A DNA stretch of 62,892 nucleotides, filler included, from Choristocarpus tenellus KU-1152 (lineage: Eukaryota > Protista > Phaeophyceae), in NCBI GenBank assembly GCA_964200185.2. It is 9 parts of 9 records of this genome, joined end to end, with 100 filler letters (N's around TTAATTAATTAA, not from the genome) between each part and the next. Parts side by side here need not be neighbours in the genome. Positions count along the whole stretch, not along the records: positions 18,735 to 43,413 come from CAXNAD020000203.1; positions 43,514 to 48,351 come from CAXNAD020012861.1; positions 48,452 to 52,617 come from CAXNAD020015884.1; 6 more parts are not named here. One strand, given 5' to 3'. A model generated the notes under the pieces. That model saw only the letters and a program-made list of their open reading frames with translations, did no database searches and was not told the DNA's origin. The translations under genes were made by a program, and so were the position numbers. Positions 37,806 through 51,364 of the stretch are shown here, piece after piece (the first letter of the stretch is position 1; each line of letters begins with the position of its first letter).

Positions 37806-38168
37806 TGTCAGGGGCAGGTCACCTTTTTTGGGATCTCCGACATAGATGAGAATATTGCGAATTGTCATACACATTTGCACGCGTTACCTTTTGTGATTAA
37901 GGCCAGGCCAAGTGATGCGATGAGCATCAGACGCACGATTGGCACACGGTAACCCCGACATGAATGTTGGATTCAAACCAGCAAAGCCGAAATTGTGTTC
38001 TCTGTTCTGACTGGTCACAACCAATCACATTGAAGATTGATCCACATGACACTCTGAGGTTGTCAACATACACCCAGCACGCCTCAGTGTCACCTTTCAC
38101 TTCCTTTCTGAACCTCATCTCTGGTGATTCTCATCACCCCCCGTCACACAGAACCAGGCCCCATTACA
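37806..38168 (+). repeat. 3' LTR
   Basis: Follows the poly-G tract. tgtcag...tctccgacat...ccattaca is homologous to 31854-32179. Confidence 0.8.
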
Positions 38169-38329
38169 CATCATACTATTGCTACTATTGCTAGTGTATC
38201 AGGACATATCCCTTTGTTTCAGACCTGATCTTAGTCCAATCCGTATCTGTGTGCACACACAAGTGTATTGCATGCACATTTATTTGTATTGATGTTCCCA
38301 CCAACATCAAACACAGAGAACCCTTGAGA

Positions 38330-41300
38330 ATTCTCAGACCTCTTGCCCTTGACGGTCACAAAGGTGTGTGCGTTATCTGTTGGATCTGGGATTCTCTTCA
38401 AACTTCTCCTAAGATTTGATGGCTGAGAGGAGTTTGGGTTTTGCTGGAAGCACCCCACCGTCACACAACTAGTGATGCTGAACACCCCCCATGACTGATT
38501 GGACCCTGCCTCACAACAGTGGTACTTGACCTTGTTGCTAAAAATATTGACCTCTATTTTCACTCACTTCTGAGGACCTAGGCTGTTGCAATAATACCAG
38601 TGTTGAATTTCTACTTGAACCAGGTATGGTTCCTGTGATCGTCCACCATATTGGACTGCACTAAGAATATGTGAAACGATCCGTAGTTGTGTGGAGGACA
38701 TGGAAAATCAGGGAATAATACAACCCTTCTCAAGTCCTTGGGTGTCACCGGTAACCATAGTTACAAGCCTGATGGATCTCCTCGATTCTGTGTAGACTCT
38801 AGGCTCTCATTGAACCAAAATTTGGTATGTAATTCCTGGCCGTTACCATCTACGGAAGATTGTTTGGATACAATAGGGGGAGCAAAATACCTGTCGTGTC
38901 TTGATGTTCAGTCAGCCTACTGGCAGCTACCCATCACCAATGCCTGCGAACGCCAAGAAACTGCCTTTGTCACACCGGATGGAAAATACGAATTCAAAAG
39001 GCTACCCTTTGGTGTTGCTAATGCACCATGGATATATCAATGCTTCATGTCAGAAACATTTTCAGCTCTAGGACCTAGTATGGGCTTACTGATTTATCTT
39101 GATGACATTGTACTAGCCTCCCCAACGTGGAACCATCATATCCAACTTCTTGAGAGCGTATTGTCGTTACTGCAGCAAGTAGAGTTACCCTCATACAAAC
39201 CCAAAGACGATATTCAGCAACTCAGAAAGAATGTCTGGCTGTCATCCTTGCCATAACACATTGGTGCCCATATATTTGGGGTGAGTGCTTTACAGTTGTA
39301 ATTGATCGTTCAGCATTATGTTGGTTACATACAATGCAAGATACTTCCAATATGTTGACCAGGTGGACCTTAGCTTTTGATTTCACAGTTGTACATAAAC
39401 TGGGATGTTTACACTACATTCTGGATATGTTATCCCGGACACGGAGGAATTTATGTTTGATGAAACACCACTTCCACCAGCCCCACTGTGCCGCAGTATA
39501 GGCCAAACAGAGTTGGATGTCTCCACACCCAAGGTTTACCTTGCATATGATCTTATAAGTGGATAAACTAGGTGCAATCACCAGAGTACAAAACGATACG
39601 GAACTATTCACTAGCGCCGTTAATGTTTTGCCAACAGTGGATCCTGAAGTACTATTCAAAGCTCAACAAGCTCAATATGGAGACCATTTCAATATTTGGC
39701 TAATGCAGAAAAGCCCTTTTACCAAAAAACGAAACAATGTATACCATGTTGAAACCTGATTTTGTATGAGTTGTATGTTGTTGTGATGTGTCTGGTTTGT
39801 GACGAAGGAGATCATAGTGCAACAAAGCACTGATGAATTTGTTCTGGTAGGTTTGATGACATGTTGTATTCAGTCAGTGTTTGATGTGAAGGTGTGTTTG
39901 GTTGTGCTGTGATTAACACGTTTAAGGCAAGTGTGTGTCATAGTGCAACAAGACACCTGCGGGTTCAGTCTGGTGCATCTGTAGGGATGTCTTAATCAAA
40001 CCTTGGTTGGAGTGAAATGTGCACCGGTACATCTGTGGCATATTTTACTCAGAGCAGACTGTGATTGATAGAAACTGTGTGGTCATTCATTGAGGCGCTG
40101 AAATGAGGAAATTCATCATCTGTGAAGAGGGCTGTCACCTTGGCAGAGAACGGTTTCGAAGGATGGTTTTAACTCTGTTTATATTACATCCCGGCGTGTG
40201 TCTTAAACGTGTTGCAGAGTGATGGAGGATGTCTTATTGAGGGGGCAATGCCAGTCAAGTAAAAAATAAGAATCAACACATGCTATGCAACCGATAGCTT
40301 GTGTGAAAAAGAGGTAACACAGGACAGAAGAAGTCAAGCTTGGATCCATATCTAACGTAACTGTCATACATCTTTTGAGTGAGTTGTGATGATGAGCCAA
40401 TGAGCTAATGATGGAAATGTGAATAGCGACCATTGCAATGGACAAATCAACGTTTAGTATGGACTGACGATGCTGTATCGTATCAAAGCAAATCGAATGA
40501 GTAGCCTATGTTTTAACAAACCATGTCTTACTTTTTCACATAAGAAACGGAAGGCAAATAGATTGTTACACAAATCGTATCAACCTGGTCACCTTCAAAA
40601 TAATATAAATTTCGAGATCAATTAGTGGTACCCACTGAGGTACAAGGTTTAATACTCCATGCCCTTCATGATCATAGGGTCTCAGAACACCTTGCATTCA
40701 AACACACATTTGACCGGATTTGTGACCATTCTTGGTGGCCCACTTTACATAAAGATGTCCGAGCTTGGTGTGAAACATGTCCATGTCAATCATGCCAAAG
40801 TCACAAGACACTCCCTTCTAACCTATCAAACCCTCCAGAGCATATGCCAGTGACACCCGTTTCAGAGAGTGGCAATTGATTTGGTAAAGTACAAAACTCA
40901 ATCAGAGAAAAATACTTATGTTTTGTCTGCTGTCGACCATTAAACGAGGTTTGCTTTTCTCAGTGCTATCTCTGACAAATGAGAGGCAACTGTAGCAAAA
41001 GCATTAACAGAACTAGTGCTTCCTATTTTTGGCACCCCAGAAACCTTACACTCAGACCAGGGCAAGGAATTTGAAAATATACTTATCCTGGAGCTTCGAA
41101 AGATCTATGGATACAAGAAAACATAAACAACACCGTATCAACCTCAAGGCAATAGCATTCTTGAAAGGATTCATAAAACAATGCATGGCATGCTAGCAAT
41201 GTATTCTAATATGAACCAATCGGATTGGGCGTCATTATTGCATTTTGTGCAACTGGCTCACAAAACTGCTTATAATACCACTGTAAAAGAAACACCATTT

Positions 41301-42280
41301 TATTTGATGTTTGGGAGACGTTCCACATTACCAATCGACATCATATTGGGAGAACCAGAGGCAGAAATACAGTAAACAGTGGATAATTTACAACTGGCAC
41401 ATGAACTGGCTAGACAGAACATTGGTGAGAGTTGCGCAACGAATCCAAGGCTACTGAACACACCATTATTCCTATTTATGAAGTTGGTGCTAAGGTGTGG
41501 TTACACAAACCCCACACTTCCGCAGACACTCCTAACCCTAAGTTACTGTCCCTGTGGAGAGGACCATGTGAAGTTAAAGAGAGAATAACTCTGGTAGTCT
41601 ACCTTGTAAAGGTGCAGGTCGATTGTCGAGACATCACTGTTCATATAACGCGACTTAAGCCACACAAAGAGGGTCACCCTCCTGAGCCAAACATCGACTC
41701 TCTCAATTCTTTACTTTTGGGCAGAATAATACCTGAACCAGATATAGAACAAGGTTCGAGCGTTCAACCAATTTTAGGGTCATACTTTGTTGAGGGCGTT
41801 GCAGACCATAAACCTGGAGTGGGTCATAAATCCCCACATAAGTATTCATACTGACTTCGATTTAGAGGTTTTGCTCCAGCTAGTGATGTCTGGCGGAAAG
41901 CAAAGGAAATTCCTCAGTGTGTAGAGATGATTGAAACATACAGATTACAACACAATTTGGATGTTTTTCCTGACCAAAGTGTACTGATGTTAACGTCTTC
42001 AAAAGCTCCCTGTGACCAAGGTATATCGAAAGATGCGGCGTCATCTGTCGGATCTGGGTTCCCTTCAAACTTCTCCCAAGATTTGATGGCTGAGAGAGCT
42101 TTGGGTTTGCTGGAAGCACCCCACCATGACACAACTGGTGATTCTGAACACGCCCCACAACTGATTGGACCCTGCCTCATGACATTAGTAAAAATAGTTC
42201 TATGTTTTTCAAGTGTAGAACCCTCTGTAAAGGTCAATGAGTATCTCAGTAGTGTTAAAAATACTATGTATGAGTAATAC
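38330..42280 (+). mobile_element. Second decayed, related gypsy/chromovirus copy (RT, partial RNase H, integrase, chromodomain); no LTRs recognised
   Basis: RT: DGSPRFCVD, LDVQSAYWQ, TAFVTPDGKYEFKRLPFG, IYLDDIV (38687-39256). Integrase H..H..C..C (40625-40879) and core LHSDQGKEF, PYQPQGN..LER (~40900-41375). Chromodomain YFVEGVADHK...F.GF...DVW (~41780-41950). Confidence 0.88.
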
Positions 42281-42495
42281 TCAACCCTCTTCAATAAGGG
42301 TGTTGTGTTGGTATTGGATCTTGTGTCGTGTCAGAGATGACCGTGTATAATATGGGGCAATTGTTACGCTATTCATTTCATTTTTACCTCAATCCCAAGC
42401 GCAGGAAGTTCACTGTACTGGGAGTATGTTAGAGGAGTGGCCTCATGATCGGTCAAGACGAAACATATGTTACAACAAAACCAAACCTTGGACCA

Positions 42496-42709
42496 TCAGA
42501 GATATAACGGGACCAGGCCATGGACCAACCTGATGTAAATACTTAACATGTCGGATAAATCAAATGCATTTTGTGGCGTAAAGATCAATTTCCGAAAAAT
42601 CAATGGGTGTTTCTGTTGTAAATTTGAGGTACGCACGTTGGCCACATCCCCCCAAATCGAACTTAACTCTTTATTTTTCGATTCCAATAATTTGTATTCA
42701 TTCATGTTT
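42496..42709 (-). CDS. Putative terminal exon of an unknown gene
   Basis: Pyrimidine-rich acceptor (...cactatcag). Only one frame is open: NMNEYKLLESKNKELSSIWGDVANVRTS...LVPLYL*. No family recognised. Confidence 0.3.
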
Positions 42710-43049
42710 CTGATAGTGGTGCGGGACAAATGTGAGAACATGAGGACGAAATGTTGACAAATCAACACACTGTACTGTGATTTGTACAACTTGTGTTCAC
42801 AAGACCAAATCATTGTGGAGGGATTCAACTCAATGTATTTGTACCAGGGAACTGTTTGTATATGTTTCATAACTGGTGAGTGGTATGATAAAGTATTTCT
42901 ACACATTTTTGTAGATTGGGGATTTGATTGGTCACTATAATCTCAAGCAAAGCGGAGCAGCCTACAACTATGTACAATTCCACCCCCAAAGCCCTTCAAA
43001 ACTCTATTTCAGCATGGTATTTCACCACATCCATCAGGTCATTCAGGGG

Positions 43050-43413
43050 GACCTTGCCCACTTTCTCACCTCTTCCTTGCTATGTTGGGGAGCATTGAAG
43101 GCATTGCCACCCTTCGACCCCAGCACTTCACCATAGAATACAAAGAGGCTCTGTCAGACACGCTCTAGTGTCTCCTGGGGGTACACAATGAATGCCTCCA
43201 TTGTGGCCTTCACCAGCTCCTCTGTGTTGGTCACCCCCATGTCTTCTTCCAGTTGCTGGAAGGAGTGGAAGAATCCCAGGTCGTTGATGTTGAAGTCAGG
43301 TGAGTTTGCTGGCTGGGTCTCTATGATAATGCCATCCCCCACCGCCTCCTCAATTGCCTCCATGATCCCCCCCCCCTGGTGTGTGGCTTTGCCTTGCCTG
43401 CTGCATGAAGATG
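43050..43413 (-). pseudogene. Mariner-type (DD~37-39D) transposase 3' fragment
   Basis: FMQQ..AKPH (frameshifted), QPANSPDFNINDLGFFHS, EELVKATMEAF and GGNAFNAP match the QPPNSPDLNVLDLGFF motif of plant/oomycete-type mariners. Truncated by the linker. Confidence 0.8.
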
Positions 43414-46400
43414 NNNNNNNNNNNNNNNNNNNNNNNNNNNNNNNNNNNNNNNNNNNNTTAATTAATTAANNNNNNNNNNNNNNNNNNNNNNNNNNNNNNN
43501 NNNNNNNNNNNNNCCCCCCCCAGATACCTTGGGTCAGCACAAGGGGCTTCATGGCAGAGTGGCATTCCTAGGAAGCTGTGATTCTTGATCACTAATGTAC
43601 GCCAAGCTAAAGCAGAAATCTAAAGTCGCCCAAGTCACCACCGCCACCATCACTTGTGTGTTGAATGCTGATTTCTCATTGTGTTCTCATTTAGGATTGT
43701 TTTTCTTGCATCAATTTTTTCTTCTCTTGCCCTTCATAAATTTTCTTAGTGATAATATATGCTTTTTCACACTATAATATCTTTTCTTTTCTTGTCTTTT
43801 TCTCTTCTTTTTCTGCTTTGTATTTTTTTTTATCTTTCTAGCCTTTGTCAACCAGAGTTTATCGCCTTCTTTGCACTACCTTTTTACCACGAATCTGGAA
43901 TCCCTTAGATAAACTAATGTGACTAACCTATGATTAACATTAACAGACGAAGAGAGATATTTACATACTAAATAGTAATTGATAGATGATGGTCGAGTCG
44001 ACATATAAGAGTGTATTAGGAACTGTGGGCACAAATTTATGGTACACTACTGGGTACACAGTTGGAACTACAAGTAGTACACAGCTCTATATGGATGGTT
44101 CGAAGAAGATATTTGCAAAGGCCACACTTGCCATGCTTAAAAGTTCCACGACCAATCAGCACAATCAACTTCGCTCTAATAGGGAGACTTTCCTCAGCAA
44201 GATATTTGGGACTGGAATCCAATGGTGTCAAAGCTGGAGAACTACTCAGGAGTAGACGGTTGGATATATATATATATCGCTAATGGTGGTGATGCTTTTA
44301 GCTGTTGTTTATTGCTGCTGCAGCCTTTCAAGAGAGATGTGTTTTTTTACAGGTTTTCTTCCCTTTTCTGTTTCTTAGTGTCCAATTGTGTGCAGTGCTT
44401 GGGCTTGGGATGCTTTCTTTGCTGAGCGACGGATGGTTGGTTGTGTTTCTCAAACTGGAGAACACGGATAGTGCTATTTGGTGATAGATCTGCTGTAAGT
44501 CATCAGTAGTATTACGCAAGGGTTTATCTTTATATGGAACCTTATCCTTGACAACCCTCTTTTGCTATGCCTTTTTTCTCTCTCCTTTTCCTTTTTTCAT
44601 ATTTGTTGCTGTTGTTTGGTTTTCATGATACGTATCTTCTCTTTCTTGATACGTATCCAACTTGTGCTACACTACTTCTGACCACAGGTAGGTTCGTTTA
44701 GATAGGACTATAATGAAAGTAATGCAATAATATTTAAAATAATTTGTAGTCATATACCTTTATTTTTGAGACACCCAAGTGCGCAGAACTTTAGGGAGTG
44801 CTCAAAAATGTAGTAGATGATGCATTTATTTTGACTGCCCTTGCATTAGGCAATGGTCAACGATCAAATAGGCGGATTCAGCTGCCATCAGTGGAATGTT
44901 GGTGAGGAGCAGATGTCGACCGGCAGGGAGACCGTTGTGTGTTGCGTAAATTATTTCTTTGTCCCCATTTGGTCCTAGGAAAACTACCAATAGTATGCAC
45001 TGTCACAAACAAGCGCAGCACTTAACTGTGTGCGTCTAGGTGTTAAGATACCGCTGGCATCACCTTATCTTGCATGTGTGAGGTGTTCATGGATGTAAGG
45101 GCTCATTATTATCCTTTCGAAATTGCATTGTGGATGTAATATGATATGCCTCGAGAATTGATGTGAGAATTTTCAAATCACATACTATAGAGACAACAAG
45201 AGGTATTTGGTCCCCTGTCGTGGAGGGAAATGTAATATTTATATGCCTTTTGCCCAACCAGTGAGAGTGCTCTGCTCTTGGGAAACACTTTTGACTCACA
45301 GAGAAGTCACCTACCTGCACTACCTTAGTACACGCACACACACAAGAAGTTCATACACACTCTACTAGCCTTCTCTAACGCTTAGCAAGGACCCATGAGG
45401 TTTATAGTGGAAGTGTAGCATATGTACCAATTTTTTGGTGTTGTTTTGTCTCCTTTTCCCACCCAGAAATTCATCTCACGCATATGACACTTTGTCATTG
45501 GCTGCACCGCCCTCCCTAACTTGTAGTTGACCATTCCTATGAGTGTAACCGATAAGGAAACAGGAAAAACAAGATTTGGAGACTCCCAGTTATCAATCAT
45601 CTCTCAAGAGTGTCTGGTTGCTGGATCAGATATGCCCCTTGAGGTGGTTTGTACAGCTGTGAACTTCCTGCAACAGTCAATACAGTGTACCTAGGAAGAT
45701 CAAAAACACCCTTCTGCGTGATGGTAGTGGCATATCCTATAGGAGCAAGAACGTTTGAGTTATTTGGGGCCACGTGTTGCAGTGGCACGGAAAAGAGGGT
45801 AAAACGGTGATTCATTTGTTGTTATTAATCCGCTCAGGCACTAAACTATCCCCCCCCTTGTTTTGTGGAAATAATGCCCCTGATCGGTCTTTTCTAGGAA
45901 TATCTCAGAAACACTTCTGAACTTGCCAGGCACCTTTTCAAAAGAGATGACAAATCCACTGGAAAGTTTCCCAACCCTCATGCCCATCTTTCAAAACTGG
46001 GCATAGTGCAGACACTCAAATGAAGAAGTGCTACACCTGGTGAGACAGAAGTCAGAAGCGATACGTAAACCAGCAGGGGGGGAATTGTCCTGTAGACCTC
46101 AAAAGCATTATCAGAGGTCCATGCTCATTCCTAAAGACTCACCATGCTATCACAAAAGATGCAACCAGGGGAATCATGTGGGCCAGATTGGTCTTACAGG
46201 AATGCATTACTCTATAGTATTTATAAGTTTGTTCTATTGTGTTAGATCAGTGTTTGGTTGGGATGGTGTAATTGTCAAATCATCCCTGATACAGTGCTCT
46301 ATCACCAACTCTCACCTGGAGTACACCATGCCAACTTTATTATGTCGAGACTGATCTAAGACTTACAACCATTTGGGAACATGTCTTTGTTCCCTATCTA

Positions 46401-46969
46401 TGATCGGTGGGGAAAGTGTCCACATTGAACCAATACGTCACCCATACGTACTAGAGTATCAAGACAATCAATAAGAATGCTACAGCATTTTTTTATTGTT
46501 TCTAAGTCGAGATTGAGGGGGTAGGGGACATGACACATGTAGCACTGAGGTATACTCAGAACATGTTGCTGTAGCCATCTGATTTCAAATCATACTTCCT
46601 ATTATCCAATATGATTTGTTTTACCTCTTACTCCTTGACACCGCTTCCAAAACAATTGAATGTTCGCCCACACCTATTTGGTATGGTCTAATTCAGGTGT
46701 GTCACCTGAGGATCGAAGTGGCACTGTGGAACAAGACGATACTTCTGTTAACAAAGAACTTTGCTGTTGCTACTCCACCAAATATGCACCGCGCTTATTA
46801 CAACTTCCCTCACATTCCTTGCTTTTGTGGGGTGTATTTTTAGAATTGTATCCTGTTCAAAACAACAATTGTACCAATGGGATCACCTGAGTTCCGCAAT
46901 TGACCCAATCAAATGCCTTACCAACCCTGCTGGTCTTCCCTCTCCAAAAACCTTGGTAGCATCCCCACT

Positions 46970-47199
46970 GAGTGAAAGTATCTTAGAGGGTGTGAGGTTT
47001 TCCCTGTTTGTCCATTTGGGACTTGGCTTCCAATGGGTATTCAATGGCATTTTACCTACTCTAAAACATTTTGGNNNNNNNNNGAACAAGGATATTGACA
47101 TCTCCTATAAAACACGATAGCCAAAATTACATCAAAATTGCAACATTGGATTTTGGCCCCCAAATGGACACAGCTCTACCCTCTAAGATGCTTTGACTC
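46970..47199. mobile_element. MITE family B (TIR ~GAGTCAAAGTATCTTAGAGGG)
   Basis: gagtgaaagtatcttagaggg...ccctctaagatgctttgactc. The interior is the reverse complement of 48671-48926. Confidence 0.75.
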
Positions 47200-48670
47200 C
47201 ACTATATCATGGTATCAACAGGATCAACAGAATGGCAGACTGAAAAAGAAACCCTCATGAGGGAGGCAATATCGTGAATATTTTTCAACTTCTTGTGTGA
47301 GAGAGGAACATGTCAGAGATACTGGGAAAGGCTTTGGCAAGGACGGGATATTAGGTTGGGTAATTGGAAAGATATAGGAAAGTTCAATCAGGATAGTGAG
47401 TCAGGACTGTTACAGAAACACTCTTATTGGTAACTGTTGGGTTGCTGTTGCAGTTTATTGACAACAAGAGATTGATGAGAGGAGTCTCCACCTATTGGGA
47501 TATATCATCTTCTTCAAAACATTGGTGCAAAGTTTCACAAATTTTGGCATAACACACATAGCTGGCTGACTCTGCTTGGAAAATGGAGTAGAATACTGTG
47601 ATGGCATGGTATCGTCATGGTCCTGCCGAGGATGTAGGGTAGTACCTAGCCAGTATTGCATCACTTGTAGCCAACACAACCAACGGCATCAACAACGCAT
47701 TATTTCACAGTGTGTTCCCTGACATTATCTGGCGCTGAACATCTTAATGCCAGATGAAGGGTTGGTGCTGACACGTGTATGTTTCAACAACAAACCTGCC
47801 TTTCTGTCTGCTCCCCTGTTGTATGCAGCATTTGAGTGCAAACAAAGCAGGAGGTAGAAGGGGGATAGGGGGGGGGTATTTGTTGCTAATAAAAAGAAAC
47901 GCACCAAACATAAGACTATCATATCTATAATTCACATGAGACTATAATCTGGTACCTAAATACACTTAAGCAAGACAAATTTATTCTAGAATGCCCACTA
48001 GCTCTCACTTCTTTATCATAGGTGGTGTGTGGCAGAAACACAATCCTGGTCGCTTACACACTAAACCTGACATAAGGTCTGATGTTACATACTACAACAA
48101 AAAAACTAGCTGGCAAATGCAATCAGTACTGGAGAGTCCTCTGGAACATTCAAACGATTACAAACTCTGGGGTATACGATTGACATCTACTCAAGCATCA
48201 CATTTCAAAGTAGGTGCTTCAAAGTGCATTCATGGGTCTCCTGTTACTGCGACACCATCTGCATAAAATATACATAATTAACATCTGAATGAACCTCACC
48301 CCGCCCCCCACCCACGCACCCCAGCCCTGAAAGTACTCACGATATGTAGGGNNNNNNNNNNNNNNNNNNNNNNNNNNNNNNNNNNNNNNNNNNNNTTAAT
48401 TAATTAANNNNNNNNNNNNNNNNNNNNNNNNNNNNNNNNNNNNNNNNNNNNCTCCCCCAGACACCTTCAGCCTGATCTATCCATGACTGTATTGTTTTGT
48501 ACAGCTACATTTACTAAATATACACTACTGGCAGGTTCAATGGCCAATGTCGGATTGAAGGAGTTCTGGGGTACAAGTAGAACAGTAGTTACTGTACAAC
48601 ATAGGAGACTACACAGACCCTGGAATCCATGCACGATTTAGTACTATACTTGCCCAACACTCAAGCTGGT

Positions 48671-48926
48671 GAGCCAAAGTATCTTAGAGGATAGAGCCGC
48701 GTCCATTTGGGGGTCAAAATCTAATGCTGCGATTTTGATGTAATTTTTGGTATTGCGTTTGTTAGGAAGTGTCAATATCCATGTTCTGGACACACCTTTC
48801 CATTACGTATACAATTTGCCTACTCCGAAACATTTTGGAGTAGGAAAATGTCATAATAAAACCCACGGGAAGCCAAGCCCAAATGGACAAAAAGGGCAAA
48901 ACTCGTACCCTCTAAGATACTCACTC
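48671..48926. mobile_element. MITE family B, second copy in the opposite orientation
   Basis: gagccaaagtatcttagagg...ccctctaagatactcactc. Confidence 0.75.
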
Positions 48927-50004
48927 TGGTGTCATAGAGAACTGTATGCTAGAAGGGTGGATATATTTGTTCTTCAAGATCACACTTCTTCGCCTCTTCT
49001 CTTTGGATGAAGGAGTGGTAAAACTATTCGGTCCAGGTCGGGAGCACAATAATGTCACCCACCAAACCCTTTCTGTTCTGTCTCACCACCTCTACGGCGC
49101 TAAGGAACCTCCAGACAGCTTTTGGCCCATGGGGAGTCTCATCATACAGTTATCTGGACGACCAATCTTTCTCTCCCGCAAGATAGATCCCACAGCAATG
49201 CAAGCATTTCAGCAACTAAAATCGGACCAACAGCGGGTGGGAATCCTCCTCAAACAGGGAAAGACGTACACCTCTCCCCCTTTTGGTCACTGGCCCTTGT
49301 TGGATCTCCTGGCATAGCAGGTATCAGCGTTGCCCATGGACACGGACGATTTTATCGCCCTAGGTGCTCCTGTAGGCATGGCTGCCTTCGCCCAAATCTA
49401 TATGGCAGTGTACTGGAGAGTTCTGGGTCACAGAACCTAGCCACACACCTCAAAGATATAGAGGATGAAGAAGTGGCATGGCTCCTTAGCACCTCAGTGC
49501 TACATTATGATATGGGTTAGTAATCTACGTCGGCTCTGAATTGTGCTCTACTGTTGAAACTCATCTACGAGCAATGGTGCTTCTACTGTTGCAGTAGAGG
49601 CCCGAAAGCACTATCACTTCGGGGGATCTTTGACCCTCATATTTTCAATCTCAATACCTTCGTGGTGAAAACTCAGGGCATCTAGCTACACAAGTAGAGC
49701 AATATTTGGATAACCTGGCGACTTATGTGATGGGTGGTAGGGAGGATGGGGGGTTTAGCAGGAAGGAGTGAAGGGATGCCTCACACAGATTGTGTCAGTC
49801 ACAGCACAAATATGTAGTGGTCTCAAGGCGTGTGATACGTTTCAAGTTAAAGACACTGGGTGAGTGGGCAAAAGAGGGCTTGACTGACTAATGGGACTAC
49901 TCCCATGTTTCTAGACATTGATATTTTCCCAGTTAGGAGTAGTTCAGATGTATTTTTCACCATAAGCTTCTTGTTTCTTGTTTTCAAATATATTACAACC
50001 CTCG

Positions 50005-51364
50005 TTAGTATTTCAGAGGAAATTTGCTGCAAGCATTACAGACTCTGTTGTTATCGTGTTTGTTGTAACCTTTGCGTTCTAAGTTTCTCCTTGACCCCTT
50101 CATGAAAACACCTACAAAATGTCGGTGGGCACAAAAATAAATACGATGTACTGCACGTTGTACACAGACAGTATATAACAACAGCAGCAGAAGCAGCACT
50201 ATCACACTACCATTTCCATTGGTTGCTCTCCAGCAATAGAAACTGGTGTCAAAAGCTTAGGTCTTTTACGTCACCAGGTACGCACCGACCGACTTGTCCC
50301 TAGCTGGATGTGTGATGCTTGGAATGTACTTCTTCGAAGAACCATTGTTGTACGTACCAAGTGCAGCACACAAATTAATTCTTGCTTTCTCAAAACAGCT
50401 ACGATCGAATTTCTCACAGCTTGTCACACGTTCATGCATCCAAGGCATATGCTGCTGAATTTTGTTTATCATGGCACTACTAGTAATGGTTGCTCACAGT
50501 GCAAGTGGGTGGTTGGTTGTTGCATCAATTAGGTTGAAATAAAGAATGCTATGTTTGTGCGCCCTTCCAAAGCAAACCATTTACCCCCTTTTGCCTCGTC
50601 TGCTTTATTCTGGGATGGACCGTCAATGGTGGCATAAGAAATCGATTTCGGGACTTCATCGATTTGAAGGTAAGATCTAGGAACCTACCTGGAGAGAATT
50701 TGCATCCCATGCAATAAAGTGAGGTCATCGTTTCTGACAAGTCAGCTATAGTCCAGTCAAGAATGGCTGGGAGGCAAAAATGAGAGTCGATGATATAGGA
50801 GAAACCTAGGTATGGCGTGCTTACTATTATGTGTGTGTGTGTGTGTGTTTCTTCTCCCGCTGGTTGGGGGCACAGGAAGGCAATGGTACAGCATAGCTCG
50901 TGGTAAAATAATACATAGCGATCAACGTTTTTCATATTTATGACAACTGCTACTTTTTAAGGGTTTTTTCTGACATATGAATAGTTTTCCTTGGTTTTTC
51001 CTCTAACACATCTCCAACATGTAAATGGGCATAATACTAAAGTATCGTATTATTGCAGTAAAATGATGCTAAAAACATATGCGACAAGGCAAAACACACG
51101 AGAAAAGTACAACCGATATCTGCCTAATGTGGGGACAACGACTGAGGTGAGACTATCTCTAGAGGGAAATCAGACTTTTGCCTGGCGAAAGAACTGGGGA
51201 GTTGCCGGGGAGAGGTTCCTCTCGACCTCAAAGGATAAAGAATACATGCATTCCGAAGACTTTTGTGCGTCATCCCACTCCAAACGATGGGTCACCACAT
51301 ATGCCCCACCAGTCAGCTCCACACACTGATTAAAATCAACAGGAAAAATGAAACTGGAACGCCC
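50005..51364 (-). CDS. Tentative multi-exon uncharacterised gene. Candidate exons 51364-~51182, ~50808-50585, 50454-50286, 50111-50005
   Basis: The last three candidate exons have GT-AG borders and compatible phases (..QTRQKG|QHMPWMHERV...DKSV|GVFMKG...KFPLKY*). The join to the upstream exon is unresolved and no family is recognised. Confidence 0.3.

Larger units (their letters stand above)
31854..38168 (+). mobile_element. Decayed Ty3/gypsy LTR retrotransposon with a chromodomain-bearing integrase C-terminus (chromovirus-like)
   Basis: Paired TG...CA LTRs. Protease relic ITVDTATD (~33380). RT relic SSPWASPVTIV..DGSPQFCVD (34807-35400). RNase H relic LDFPDSSKEFFIHVDVS (~35795). Most of the integrase core is deleted. 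GPY motif + chromodomain YNVEGIVDHK...HFQGYSPANDVW (36313-36850). Poly-G PPT at ~37791-37802. Many stops and frameshifts. Confidence 0.9.

Noticed and set aside
43514-49900. Scattered short ORFs (e.g. 45597-45815, 46616-46843, 48946-49520)
   Set aside because: I found no consistent exon chain or recognisable motif. Real exons or TE relics may be present, but I cannot support a call.
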